This document shows, in pieces, positions 10,901 through 24,520 of a stretch of 64,000 nucleotides of DNA. The stretch covers positions 3,147,943 to 3,211,942 of the forward strand of contig CM082595.2 in assembly GCA_040954595.2 (NCBI GenBank). Direction: 5' to 3'. A model generated the notes under the pieces. That model had not been told where the DNA came from. It worked only from the letters and a program-made list of their open reading frames with translations, and searched no databases. The DNA is from Balanoglossus misakiensis (lineage: Eukaryota; Animalia; Hemichordata). Both the position numbers and the translations under genes were made by a program. Each line of letters begins with the position of its first letter. Within the stretch, counting starts at the first letter, position 1.

Positions 10901-13652
10901 GAAATCGGTGTATTAGGAAATGATCTGCTGGCATACCTGTTCGGTAATTACGCATGATCAATGACCAGTTGTTTACACAAGACAAATCTGGACCTTTTTC
11001 AATAGTCTGATCATGTGATCTTGGCCATTGTGAATTGTATTGCTGTGATAATTATCAGTTCATGACGTTTGTACTCGTCAAGGGATTTTGAATGAATTTT
11101 AAAGAAATGATACCCGTACGCTCTCTGACTAAATCTCTTTCGCACGGCGCCATATCAGTCTGCGTGAAAACAAGACAGACGTGTCGAGGGGTGAAGGGTT
11201 AATGTCCAACCTTGAAAGCGATAAACAAGTTGTTGCATAAATTACTGTTGCAATATTGGCGGTCTGAGGATGTTTTTCGCTTGATGTTGCTGTTATGCAG
11301 CAAAGTAGATAAGTGGCAGAAGCCCGTGAAAAATCGCCTCTTCCCCCCACGTACATTTCGTCAGCAATGTACGTCATGTAAATTGTGTACAAAGCTGTAC
11401 AGTGAACTATTTCCTTGCTATTGGCTGCAAACCTTCAAAACATTAATTACTGTTTATACCATGTATGTTTACATCGCGATTTCACCAATTATTAGGAATG
11501 GTGTCAAAGCATGCTTGTAAAGTGTGAATACCTACATTTGGAGGGTGGTGGTTCACATTTCATTTGACCTTCTACGTCTGCTGATTGTAACACACTGATA
11601 AGATTAGACGGACATGTTTATGGCGGTAGATCTGATGAAGGGGTGAGATCGACAATGGGGCCGGAGGGGGTGAGCCTGTTCTAATAGGTAATTTAGATGA
11701 TAAACTGACCTCTTTTAAATGTATCAGGGTTCAAAAGTTTACAACGTGACATTGGTTTCATGGTGGAAAATGGGTCAAAGCCTAGTTATTTTACGTTTTG
11801 ACGTAATTTTCAAATCAGGGTTTCATCTCCGGTTATGTTGACCCTGATTCTGTACGGATGACTCAACACACATGTTTTCATATCGTTCGATGTGAACATC
11901 GGGATAGTTTATGGAATTCATTGTATAACCACACCACATCCGTTGTTTGTTGTGAATGAAGCATCAGTCATTGTCTTTTGATTACGTCAGAAATCTCACT
12001 AGTTGATTCATTGTATCATGAGGCAAATATGAGAGATATTAAAAATTTCGTCATTGGCTGAGTTCCCGTTTGTTGTTCTGAGTCATGGATATCTTTAGTC
12101 ACAGCGGTGCAATCCCGTTTGTGGTAATATAGGTCAGGCACTGTCATGATGGAAAATTCCTGAACGTATCATGGCATACTGAATGTTATTGACTATTTCC
12201 GTAACCATGCCCACCCAAAGATTGATTTTGTGCAGGGATACAATTACACCTGTCTGTTTACTTGAAGTTGATGTTGTCGTATTATAAACATCTGTGTAGC
12301 TATTTGCAAGATCTAACTTCTATCTTGAACTAACAAACATTTTAATTTATTTTCCTTTCTATCAGGTTTTTTTGCCAGTACCTGTACTAACCCAATATGG
12401 GTTGTAAAAACCAGACTGCAGCTGGACCAAAGGTAAGTCTGTTTATATCTACCGTAATCTTGATTTTGAACAATGGTTTAGTTGTATGAAAAAAGCAGTG
12501 GGCGTCTAGTTGCTGGGGGTTTTGCATTTCAACCTGAACCTGACTTGAAATGTCGGAAATAATCTTTGTGACCTTGAAGAGCTGATATTGTGTAAGTGGC
12601 GTGATTTTTGCCTTTGCCTTTGCTGTTGTTCCTGTGTTTGTATGCTAATTGGACTTGACCATCCAGACTTGCCTTGGGGTTGGATCAATAGCAATTGTTA
12701 TATCAGTTTTGTTACTTTAGTTTATAAGTCATTTGTGCGTTTATTTTTCAGGAAAATCGGGAAAAACTTAGGTGCTATGCAGTGTATCAGATCTGTTTAC
12801 CAGAGAGACGGAATTCGGGGATTTTACCGCGGTGTCACTGCCTCATATGCCGGAATTTCAGAGACTGTGATTCACTTTGTGATTTATGAACACTTAAAGA
12901 AAACACTCCGCGAGAGGCGGGTGCAAATCGGACCCGAGAAATCCGGCCGAGACTTCTTTGAATACATGTTGTGTGGTGCCTGTTCAAAGAGTTGTGCTTC
13001 CATCTTGGCGTATCCTCATGGTGAGTGAGACACGTTTAAAAGTTGATCGTTTTAGAATTTGCAGTCCATTCATGATTGGTACACTCTTGTGAATCGCTGA
13101 TAACACAGAGAATGTTTTCAAAATTAAGGACAGTAATGATATTGTAGGATAGACTGTTTTCTGCTATTACATGGCCCTTACAATTTTTATGTAACAAGAG
13201 TACCCATCATGCATCACTGCTGACTTGATATTGACTCTTCATCTGTCATCAGAACACTGACCTCAATAAATTACGCCAAGTGGATAGTGTAAACAGCTGA
13301 ATTGAATATGTTGAAAGACAAGGCAAACAGCGTGATTTTTTGTTTGAATATGTAGAAAGGTACAAATCCAAACATTACTGTCTTAGTTTGCGAATGACTA
13401 ACAAGTGGTTTTATTCACACCTTGTGTTTTGCAGAAGTTGCAAGGACCAGACTTCGAGAAGAAGGCACAAAGTATCGGTCGTTCTTCCAAACGCTCCTCA
13501 CTGTCGCACGCGAAGAAGGTCCGAGGGCACTCTACAGGGGGCTCGCAACTCAACTTGTCCGACAAATCCCGAACACTGCAATAATGATGTCAACGTACGA
13601 ACTTGTGGTTTACCTTCTGACGGTTGAAGTTCCATACTTATCGCCGCGGTAA
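7986..13652 (+). CDS. SLC25A36: Mitochondrial pyrimidine nucleotide carrier (SLC25A36/SLC25A33 family, Rim2-like); exons 7986-8026, 9491-9679, 9986-10164, 12366-12432, 12752-13020, 13435-13652
   Basis: [37 protein letters not shown]; [19 protein letters not shown]; [13 protein letters not shown]; [24 protein letters not shown]; [14 protein letters not shown]; three mitochondrial carrier repeats; in-frame GT-AG junctions. Confidence 0.93.
10203..10285. mobile_element. ~80-bp piggyBac-like MITE (TTAA-CCCT...AGGG-TTAA)
   Basis: ttaaccctttcatcacca...tggtggtgaaagggttaa; related partial copies at ~34226-34284, ~47019-47106, ~51345-51402 and ~62315-62395. Confidence 0.75.
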
Positions 13653-16121
13653 ACTGGAAAGCGCTACCCCCTCCCGTAAAAAACTTTGTAAATATTTGTA
13701 ATTTCAAGAAAAAGAATTTATATTTATTATGTGTTTTATATTCTTTTTCTATTTTCCATGAGCCCTCATGTAGATAATTTTTGCCAAGGGCATTTTGAGC
13801 TTTGGTTTTGTGTCTTTGATCTCGTTTGCACGTACAAATGCAAGACAGTCAGTTTCTCAGTATTAGGGCTATGTGATATGCCAACTGTGTACTTGGACAA
13901 TCACTTGGTCTTGCAAGGGTTGGAAAATAAAGGGAGTTATTGACCAGTGCTAATTTCGGAACTGTGAGATTTTAAGTGTTTTCGAGCATGTATAAACCTT
14001 GTTTGAAAACACCATAAAGTCATAAATAGGGGGAAAATTCAACCCTTGAAAATTTGACTACTGAGATGTTCTGTTGAATCCGTGCAGAAAGTTGTATGTG
14101 GACCCCATGTAAACAAAATCCCTAGAATTTGCAACATTGGCTTAGATCCACTTGTCCTGAACTAGTATGGTATGTGCAATGGGTGTATTTTGGTTGTGAT
14201 CGACATCGACAACGTAGAATTTCACAGATATGTGGAGTTCACATGAAATATTGACTAAAAAAGACGTCACCATGTTCGGCATTGGGAGACCAGAACTGTG
14301 AGAATGTCAAGACATTGAGAAAACTTAATTTACTAAGACTTCTTTCCAGTAAATTGCATAGTTATTCGATATTGGGAGTAATAGGTGTTCATTAGACTTT
14401 GAAATACTCTCTCTTTAAGAGGCTAAACTTTGAATAGTTAGCAATAAAACAGCCTGAACAGTCAGGGTGTAAAGATAGCAAAGTAGGTGAAAAAACTTAA
14501 AAATGAAAAAAAAAACAGCTATGTAAAGCTGTGATGTCATGGTGTCTTTTGAACTTGTAAAGTTTCTATCAATGAAGTGATGTCACTTTTCTGTCTAGTT
14601 GGTGTGTCATTTTTTGACTTCAACTGAAAGTTATTCAAAACAGCAGCTGATGTTAGGTGCTTTCACACTATCTCAAGCAGTCTGATGACAGTGATGAAAT
14701 AAGCCTTCAAGAAATTCATTTATAAAGAAAAGTTGGTATTATTTTTGTAACTGGAGGATTTCAAAGGCACCTTGTGTCCAAAGAACGTTGCTATAGTCAT
14801 ATAGCTTTAAAGAATTCCATGTTCGTTCTGAACAACTCGAAATTAAAATTTTCTAAAGTGAAAGTTGTAACCTTTCTGACAGAATTGCATGATCAAAGGC
14901 ATTCTGATTGTGAACAAAACCTCGCAGGGCCGCATAATTTAAAGAACATGCAAAAACTACTGTACTTTGGCGTTGCCGAAATCTGGAGGAAATAGTGCCC
15001 TCATCTTCAAGGTTTACTTATTTGTAAAACAATCTTGCATTTGAGTTTGTCTAAAGGTGTATACTTATTTTCTGCTCAGCCTGTCGTCAGAGTCTGGCCG
15101 TTGTCCGACTTTGGACTGGCAGAGCGCGACATCTGAAATATGTTGCAACTTGGCATGCAGTTGTATGTTAGCTCCCTTTCTCCCTATTCTCCAACAAAAT
15201 GGTTTCACCCGTGCAGTGTAACAATGGGGTGGTGGAATCAAATAGTGGTTTTGGAAGGGTTTGATTTAATACTAGCATGCCGAGTGTTTTACAAAACAAT
15301 CACATATAATGTGCTATTAAGATCTAGGCTTGTACTTTTGTTTTGAGTCTCAGGGTTTTTATCAGAGAGCTGAACAGCTCATCAAAATGGGAGTAATTAG
15401 CCATCACAGTTTTTTTCTTGTTTTTTTTTTCTTGTTTTTTTTAAATCAGTTATGATAATGAGCCTACATGTCTGTTGACAAAAATGGTTCCAGATCAGTT
15501 CTGCCTTAGTAATTTAATCCAGATTTTTTGCCTTCAGAGAAATTTATGACCCTTCAAAACTTAACAACAAAGTTGAAAATCTCAAATTTCCCTCTGGGGA
15601 GTATTTCTTACACTTTCACATCAAATCGCCTTCTAGAAGTTTCTTCAAATCTCTCTACTTTAAAATCTACCAGTAGTGCTTATAATTTGCTATCTATGCA
15701 TCAAATTCTTTTTGATTAATTAATATCACAAACTTGCTGAAACTTGTATTTAAATCTGCTTTTTGTTTTTTCCCTGCCTTAAATTTATTTTAGTCTTTTT
15801 GATTTTTTTTCTTAAAGTTGTGTTATTTTTGAGTTTTAGAAGACAATGCATATGAGAGACGATTGTTATTTTTTGAGCGTATCTTTCTTTTCTTTCTTTC
15901 CTTCCTTCTCTCTATTGTGCGGCTTTGCATCCTTCTTAAGACAAAGATGTCCCCATGCTTTTTTGCATTGGTCTTGACCAGCATGATCTATTGTGTTTTT
16001 GTAAATATTTGTAAATAAGTTGTTGCTTGGTTGTTACCGGACATAGATTATACCAAGTATACGCTTTCGGATGTTACTTGTATATCAAATAATTTCTGTG
16101 CAATTTACAGAAGTTCTTGTA

Positions 16122-16127
16122 AATAAA
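16122..16127 (+). terminator. Likely polyadenylation signal ending a ~2.5-kb SLC25A36 3' UTR
   Basis: AATAAA after a long U-rich tract and followed by GT-rich sequence. Confidence 0.5.
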
Positions 16128-19100
16128 AGTTAAAAAAGTGTCTAAAATAATTGGATCTGTTGTGGTGTGTTCTTTGCAACTTCTAATTCTCCGGGAAAAG
16201 AAGTAAAACAGGACGATGATAAATCCATTTTTTTCAGGGATCTTGAATTTCAATACATGTACTTTAGTTTCCATATGGCACAGTCCTATTTCAATCATTT
16301 TAACATATTTCTATTGAAACATATGTTCATGGTTTCTCATTTGATCGTGAGTGCTATATTTTCATTGGTATCGAGGGCATGGTCGAATTTTGAAAGGAAG
16401 AACGGGGGGTCAACTCCTAGGTGCCCCGATTGTCGGGCAAGGCGGTGTACGTGCCCACTTCCACGTTTATATCGAGACACAATTTCAACGTTGAGGGCGT
16501 ACCAGTATGGGGGGGGGGGGCGTACGTGCGCAGGTGCAATACGGGCGACACATTGCACAACTTGTAATTGACCTTTCTGATATCAATTTAATGATTTGAA
16601 GGACGTTTGGCAAGTGTCCAGCAATTTTGTTTACTTCCTTGCTTTTTAAAGACGTTTCATATCCAGATGCCCTAGACTAAAGACTAGAAAGACAGAAATG
16701 AATGCCAAATCTAGTGACTGATTTGTTGACGCGACACATCGCATATGTTCGCGTTTCTGGGGCAGGGAAAGTGCGCATGCCACATATGACCCCAATAAAA
16801 TATGCACGACCAGGTCAATGTCAAGTGCGCACGAATCCAAAGCAACTGGCTTGATTTATTACACATGTACTACAGAGTACACACGCGCATGTGATGTACA
16901 TGTTTAAACAAACAATCGTGCGCTAAAATATACGTGCGTTTCGTGCAGAAATGGTTCTGTGTTGCAAAAAACCCCAACACATTTGTGTTACTAGAAGATA
17001 TCACTGCGTCATAGGTAAAAACCCGGAATTCGAACGCACCGCGGTACGAAAAGAAACTACGAGAGAAAATTGTATTTTTATTCATATGACGCACTATTAT
17101 GTTCATTTCTATCGCGTTCGCTTTATATTACCACGGTCACTGACCGTGATATTACTAATCCCGCGTCTATTTTCCGTAGAGCACTGCAGTAGTCTACGTG
17201 CGACATTTAGTCTGGAGTGTTGTCTATTCATCGACGACGACACAAAGTGTGAACTTGACCTTATCAAGGGTACCATCTCCGCCGAACCTATGGATAACAC
17301 GCGCGCGCACCTGGAAATGCGTCTACTGAATTACGCACCGCGCGCGCTGTCCTCTGGGATAATAAAGACGCAAATATGGTACACCGTCACCATGGCAGCT
17401 AGGCAGCCCCGCTATGCGTCAAGTGCATCTTTTCATACCTGCTGGCATGGCAACCTCGTGCTTGCGACTTGTTGGGAGGTCATCGAACTTTTAAGTTCGT
17501 GTTTTTACTTTTGCTTGACTGATTATCTGATAACCGAGTGTACGTCGCGTCTTGCAGTGTTTACTTTATATTCGTCTACGTGCAGCGCCAAAACAGTTGC
17601 CTATAAGGTGATCATGATTAATTGCCTACCGGTTACCTGTGGCTGAACGTGCGTCGACTCCCTGCAGGGGATTTTCTCGGCTTCGTTGACGTCAACGTGA
17701 CGTGTGGGCGTCTTCCATTCGCTGCACATGGCGATGATGTAAACAGTGCGTCTCTGAAGAGAGAAGCATATGCATAGTGAATTTTCGGAGAAAGTGAAAC
17801 TATGACGACGAAGGGATTTGCCTGTTCGCTTCCTACCCGAGACTGATCTACAATACTAAACACACATGACATGGACATCTTGAAATCTAATTCAAAGAAC
17901 ATTGGGAGCTTTTAACATTCGTCTTGCTCAATGTAAAACTACATACAAACAACTAAATGTTATATGGCAGAAATGAATCATCAACCCTTATTTTAAGAAA
18001 GCAATATACAAATTGTTTTATTTGAATGCTAGTATTTATTCAGTCTTGAAAAATTAAATATTACACAATAATATTGATCTTTGTCATCTCTATGGCAACC
18101 CGCACACACTGGTTTGAGTGAAAGACAGTGAGGCATGAGATTGTTTGCTCTTAAACTTAAGCATCTTGTTCACCCCATTTTGAAGTACTTTGTTCCAGTT
18201 GACCACTGAAAACAATGGGCATGTTACATTGATGTGTACAATGGGGTTGACACACGATGCATGATATTGAATGTTTCATCTCGGACCATCAAGTTAAATA
18301 TTTGCGATTATATAATGCTTTAATAAATGTTAATAAAAACATAAAAAAAGGAAGCCCCTCACCAAAGGTGATCCAAAGTACATGACTTAATATGTGCAAA
18401 AATTTAATCACCCAATGTAATGGTTTAGTACCAAAAAAGCAAACTAAAACTATGTATTTGAATTTTTATATATACAAAAATAAATCTTATTCAATAAAGG
18501 AAATCAGACGGTTCAATTAATGGAAATGTATAATTATACTGACGTAGCTTTCCAAACAAAGGAAGTGATAAAGACAACACCAGAGGGCGCAATGACAACG
18601 AATTGCCTCATGGGAGTGCCCTTTACGTGGAAGCAAAATTCAGTAAATATATACCGGAATGAGAACAGAATTCTTTAGAAAAAATGTCCATATATCATTA
18701 ATTACAAAAATTCATGTTATTACCTCAGTCAGATGGAATATTAATTTAATTCACAAAACTCAGTTTTCAGTTCTGTTAACTGTTCTCAACCAGAGGCTTT
18801 CATGATACATATTAAAGTATATATTGCAAACATTCTACTGCAGATATGCAAATAAGCTAACATGGGTCCAGAAATCATAGTCATAGGATTTTAGAAAATT
18901 ATAATTCATGATATGATTCTCAAAAAAAGGTCTTGCTATGTGATTTTTCGGTGGGGCCCTATATAAAGGAGTCAAGGTTAGATATGGTTGACAGGTTGCG
19001 AAAAACGCAATCTGTGTTCATCAGACATAAATGAAATCGGCAAAAGCAATACAAATTTGTCGACTGGCTTTCGCATTGTTCAATATCCGTGTGTTAATCC

Positions 19101-19717
19101 TTAGTTTCTTAAGAGACAGTTTTTCACAGTAATACGCTTTCTACAAAAAGTAATATCCCTCTCTGGACAGCATCCATTCATACATCAATCAGACATAACC
19201 GAAGGAATTCAATTCAATTCTATCATCATTTGTTCGATAAGTTCGGACAGAAACACTGACATTTGACAAGAAACATATGAAATAACTATTCTCAATAAAA
19301 AAAATGGTGTACTTGGGAACCAATAGATCTTGATATCTAACACTTCAGCACTACAAGCGAAGACGGAATAACCCCTCCTCAATGTAGAACAGACCAAACG
19401 AATCTTGTTATACATTTCAATACTGTATTTTCTATACAAGCATGATTGACTCTAGAACTAACATATCTAACATCCAACATTCAATTATTTTCCCAGAGTT
19501 TCGCATCCACATACATGTACCTGAATTTGATAAAAATCTCCATATAACAATACCCTCACCCATTCTCAAAATGCATATTTGCATATCATGTCTATCAACA
19601 TTCTCCATGATAAATTTTGCACAGATTTTTCAACGTTACTATCTCCCGACTAAAGAGAAAACACATTCCCTTAAAGATGAAACGTGTTGCCAACGGATGC
19701 AGTCACCATGACAACCA

Positions 19718-22700
19718 CTAAGCACTCAAAAATTGCTTTTGTTTTTCTTTGAAGGCTTGTTTCCTAATCTTTGCTTCTTCAAGTTCTTTCTTTTTCTCTT
19801 CTTGTTCTGCTTTTATTTCTTCTTCGAATTTTTTGCCCTTGGATTGTTCATCAATCTGTCATCAGAAAGAAAATCATTGTTAGAAAATAACATCATAGAA
19901 AAAGATCATTTTCTCGAGATTGCAAGATCTCACATGGCTATAGACTGTTTATATGGAAGGACATTCCTACCTAACACAGGACAAAAACACATGGCTGATC
20001 ATGTTAAACGAAACACAATTTATAACAAAAACCATGGATGTAGTATAACAAGGATCTATAACATTTCTTTGAAGCATTGTTCTAAAGGTAAGTAAAATCA
20101 GGTGTGATTTCCAAATACAATAATAAATAAGAATAGCATGTTCATGAATATATAAAGTTATATTCTCGGAAAACTGTCACTGACTGGCAACTAACTGTGC
20201 ATGTGTACTAACCTGTGTCTATCCACGTTTAATTCTCTTGCACTGTCTTGTAGCTAGCTAGCAAGCACCACTAAAAAAGCAGCCAATTTCCGCACGGGAA
20301 AAGCCTCAATTTTTTTTGCCTAATAGTTGGAACTTAAAAACACCATCACCAGAAATGTACATGTAAGGCTTTATTACATCAAGCCAATATGCCTTTAGTT
20401 GTTTTTTGTGAAGCTTGAAATTCAACTTTGATCCTACGGGGTGCTGAAAGATGGCTGCATACACGTAAAATCCTATGCTTTTTCTTCTTTGCTGTTGATC
20501 CTTCTCATGGTACGTCCATGAAGACACACAGACACGCACTCATCACGGAAGCCAAAACTTTCAAAAACAAAACGCGTTTGAAAACTGGCAAAGACAGTTG
20601 CTCTTGAAATCTCCAGTTTACAAACTAAAGGTTTGAATGTGGGAACATAGCGGGTGGGACAGGGAATGCGTTCGACATACATGGCTTTCTCATTTGTCTA
20701 TGCAATGTTCAGTTACAGACAAGTTTCCCATCAATGTCAGCGATGTAGCCGAGTTCGACCACATCAGGTGTTGAATTTACTCAACACGAAGAGACAGGTG
20801 CTTTCATTGGCTCAGGCCTCCCTGTATCTCACTGACTACCCAATCACAAGGTATATAAGAAAGATGACTCACTTTTGCAGAGAAGAACTCTGCTGCCCCC
20901 TTCACACCTTCTTTGTCGACTTCTATTTCTGTCAACTGGGCAAGAACGCTCAGCCCGCTGCCTTCAAGAAGTTCACCTTCATTTGCCTTTCTGAAGATCA
21001 GTAAGAACTGTGAAGGATGATAAGAAATAAGAATCAAATTGGGTAAAAATTCAGAACAGAACCACCACTAGTTTTGGACCGGGTGGGTCAGTTGAACACT
21101 GGTCTTTGTAGGTTGCCAAGCGTACGTGTAATTTACCCACAACATAAACACGTGGAAAAATCCAATTCATTCTGGACTCAAATTTCGTAGAAAAACTGAT
21201 TGTTTTGATCAAAATGCCAAGAAATGATAAGTTATGATTTCAATAGATCTCATCATCAAAAGCAGAAGTCCATTATGCAACTTGTATGATACATACTCTT
21301 CCTTATTTTCAAGTTCCCATTACAATCATTCCTTTCAACGGAAGTTTAAACTTTTATTCTAAATACCTCTCTGAAACTGATTTTGTCATCGTGGTCTTCA
21401 TCCACAGTTTTGATCATTTCTTTCAAAGCAAGATGAGTCTGTGGTGCCCCTAGCTTCTCCATCATCAACTTGAGTTCCATAAAATCGATGAATTTGTCAT
21501 TTCCAATGTCATATCTGAAAGAGAACAACATCAAGAGGTTTAATGAGCACGCTCCCAAAATAAAGGTCAATAATTTCTGGAGATTTCACGATGACCTTGA
21601 AATTTGTGGTCAATGCCCTGTGCAAGGTCTGACCCCTGTACCAACCTTTATTGTGTCTAGAATCTTGTGTGCTATGCCTCGCTCCATGGCCTTGTCACAA
21701 GCATCAGTCATTTGCAATGTTTTTCACAGTCAGAAGACAGGAAATTTTCACGAACAATAAATTTTCGTGAACTTTGCCCGAACAAAAAAAACATGAAAAT
21801 AAATAGTCTCGAAAGAACAATGTGTATAACAGCAAGGCTGATGTAATTTATTATCAACATTGATTTAATATTTAACTTCTTCATGGCTGTGTCAATTTGT
21901 TTATACTTAACTACCACAAAGAATGTAAGCTTTGTTCAAATCAGTTCTTCTTTTTGATTTTTCCATGCCCATGTATGGCTAGCATGAGAGCAAATACTAG
22001 TACTTCCCATTATGATTGTAACTTTTAGATTATTCTTTTAGCTATAACCTGTCACCACAGCTGATACACTCACTGCACTTTGAACACTTTTATGATTGTA
22101 TTTATGCCAATTCAATGAGCAACTGACAGTCTGTGATTCGACCAACTGTATTTGAAAAACAAGATGAATTCTCCCATGACATTTGAACAAATATAATGCT
22201 AAGATATCTTTCCTATCACTGGTACAATTTAGTCCAATCTGTTTATAGCAGCCAGTGAAGGAACTTTCCTAAATTGGCCTTTATAGACAGATCCATTACT
22301 TGATGTATAAATTGCACAGTTTCCATTATATAGAGGTGGCCACTAACACAGGTTTGACTGTATTATTGACTGAATGGAATGGTAGTAAAGAAGCATCTGG
22401 ATTCCCTCTGGTTATTATCTCATTCCCACAGCTTGTGGTTTGACCCGGAGTGCCCTTCTCCTCAACAGGGGATAAGGATAGGAAACATACATAACTGTTG
22501 GAGGTTTTGAAATTGACATCCATGAGCAATTAACCCTACAGACCAGGGCAGACCACTTTAAAAGACTGGAATGTTAGATATATCCTGAGAAGGACAGCCC
22601 TAAATGCAATTTAAGCATCTCAGATTTGACCATGTGATAATAAACATGGCCTAAACTAGGTCGATTGCTGTGGATTTAAAGCTTAATATGGGTCAGAGTG

Positions 22701-24298
22701 ACAGCTCTATGACCCATTTCAAATCCAGTAAACAAAATGCAGATAAATCACAGATTTCGTAATTTATTTATCAGGGAAGATTTTCACTTCTCTGAGATCA
22801 TCAAAGGATTTCGTCCACAAATTGGACTGAAAATCTGATTTGTCCTTCCTACATTAGACCCGGAAATCAGCTGACTCAAGTCTGACCATGGATGCCAGCT
22901 CACAGGGCCACCGATATTTAAACATCCTTGACTCACTTTTATGCCGAGATGACTCACGGTTCATTGAAATACATTACGCACACCGGTCTCCGCTGTTTAA
23001 TGTCATCTCATCTGCATAAATTACCATAAGACCATACAAAAAAGTAATTTTGAGTCAGTTAAATCGCCGAGTTAATCCGATGTTGGCAAGACATGATTTT
23101 ACTTCATTACTTTTCTGTTGTGCGCATGTGTGTGTGTGTGTGTATCTGTGATCATCTTTTTTCGTCTATATCTGGGGCTGTGCTGTCCAATAATGCTTAT
23201 ACGCCATATCCAATATTGCTCAAAATGCTACAGGAAATACATGTATGCTTTCCAGAAATCTGTCTCAATCAGGTCATTCTCTGTAGCTGACGAATGCATT
23301 AAGAAGTTCGATTGTGCCTAATATGGGAAATTATCTTCCAAATATGGCAAACCCATTTTCTCAATGAACTCGACAGTCACTGAATGAATCATAGTCACAT
23401 TAAAGGTATTGCATGAGACGCCAACTCTAGATTCTTCAAAGAACTGGTATTTCCTGTTCATTTAGAATTATCCTCAGTAAACTGTATTCAGCCACCCATG
23501 GCCGAGTAACCCCCCCCCCCCCCCCCCCCAACACACACAGAGTAACTTCCTATGACCTGGACTCTTGGCTAGGTCAGGTCACAGAGGCCTTCTCATATTA
23601 CTGTTATATGTAAATGATACCCAATTAACACTTTTGTCATTTAAATTTTAAGTGAACACTGTACTGGCATAGCTATGCTGCTTCCACGTCATGATATCGA
23701 CACGGAAATAAACACACTTCTCGAGAAATCGGGAAATAGAAATCAGAACTTTGGGCACTGTCATTTCATCATGTAATTTTCAAGGAAGCTGTACGTTGCT
23801 GTTAAAAATAAGTGCTGGCTTCACCGCCATTGTGTGGTTGTTTGTTTGTTCGCGACCATCGCTGGCCAAGGGGCGTGGCACGTCGTACCATGGTTGTAAA
23901 TACAGGTACATGTATACTGAAACTTCAGCCGATTGACAATAGAAAGAACGCAAGTGAACCCGCAGCGTAGTTACGTAGCTGCTAGGTCACCGATCGAGGT
24001 CACTCGATTACAAGCCAGTTACAATCCAAACACTTGATCAAGCGATCGCAATCTCGCAATCATATTATTAAACTGAAGAGCGAACAGAACCCAACGGTAC
24101 ATAGCAACATCTGCCACCGGTCATGCATCTTACTCACGTCTTAAACATTTTTTCGAAGTCCTTGATCTGCTTCCTTGAGAACTCCTTGAATTCAGCGTAA
24201 ACGGTGGATGGGAGTTTCGCCTGCTGCGGCTCCTCCTCGCCTTCGTTGATCGCGGCCCTTCTTGCCAACTTGGCGGCTAATTCGTCGGTTTCTGACAT
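19718..24298 (-). CDS. EFHD2: EF-hand domain-containing protein D (swiprosin-1, EFHD1/2 family); exons 24298-24138, 21514-21367, 21007-20873, 19855-19718
   Basis: MSETDELAAKLARR...YAEFKEFSRKQIKDFEKMFKTYDIGNDKFIDFMELKLMMEKLGAPQTHLALKEMIKTVDEDHDDKISFREFLLIFRKA...EIEVDKEGVKGAAEFFSAK...FEEEIKAEQEEKK; two EF hands plus C-terminal coiled coil. Confidence 0.93.
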
Positions 24299-24399
24299 GA
24301 TTTTCGCTGGCCTGTCTCGCTAAACCCGAGGTGCAGAGAACGCGACAGAAATTGACAGTTGAGGAACGAACAGGTGGAACTACGAGTGAGATATTGCCT

Positions 24400-24520
24400 C
24401 CTACAACACGATAAGGAAGTAATTTCTCGGGGTTTCCGTGTATAATCGGGCACTGCCCACGTGTTTACATGAGCCACGCCCACTTTCCAGAGAGCCACTT
24501 CCGGTGGCTTTAACCATTTT
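24400..24520 (-). promoter_or_regulatory. EFHD2 proximal promoter with ETS-like and GC-box-like motifs
   Basis: cacttccggt (~24496), aggaagt (~24414), ccacgcccac (~24474) and E-box cacgtg (~24458) just upstream of the ATG. Confidence 0.5.

Noticed and set aside
16951-17646. 231-aa ORF on +
   Set aside because: No domain or transposase motif; likely a chance ORF in CpG-rich sequence
19733-20095. Phe/Leu-rich membrane-like ORF on +
   Set aside because: Antisense shadow of the Lys/Glu-rich EFHD2 last exon
20306-20682. Short ORFs in EFHD2 intron 3 as a possible alternative last exon
   Set aside because: No clear acceptor in compatible phase and no similarity to EFHD C-termini
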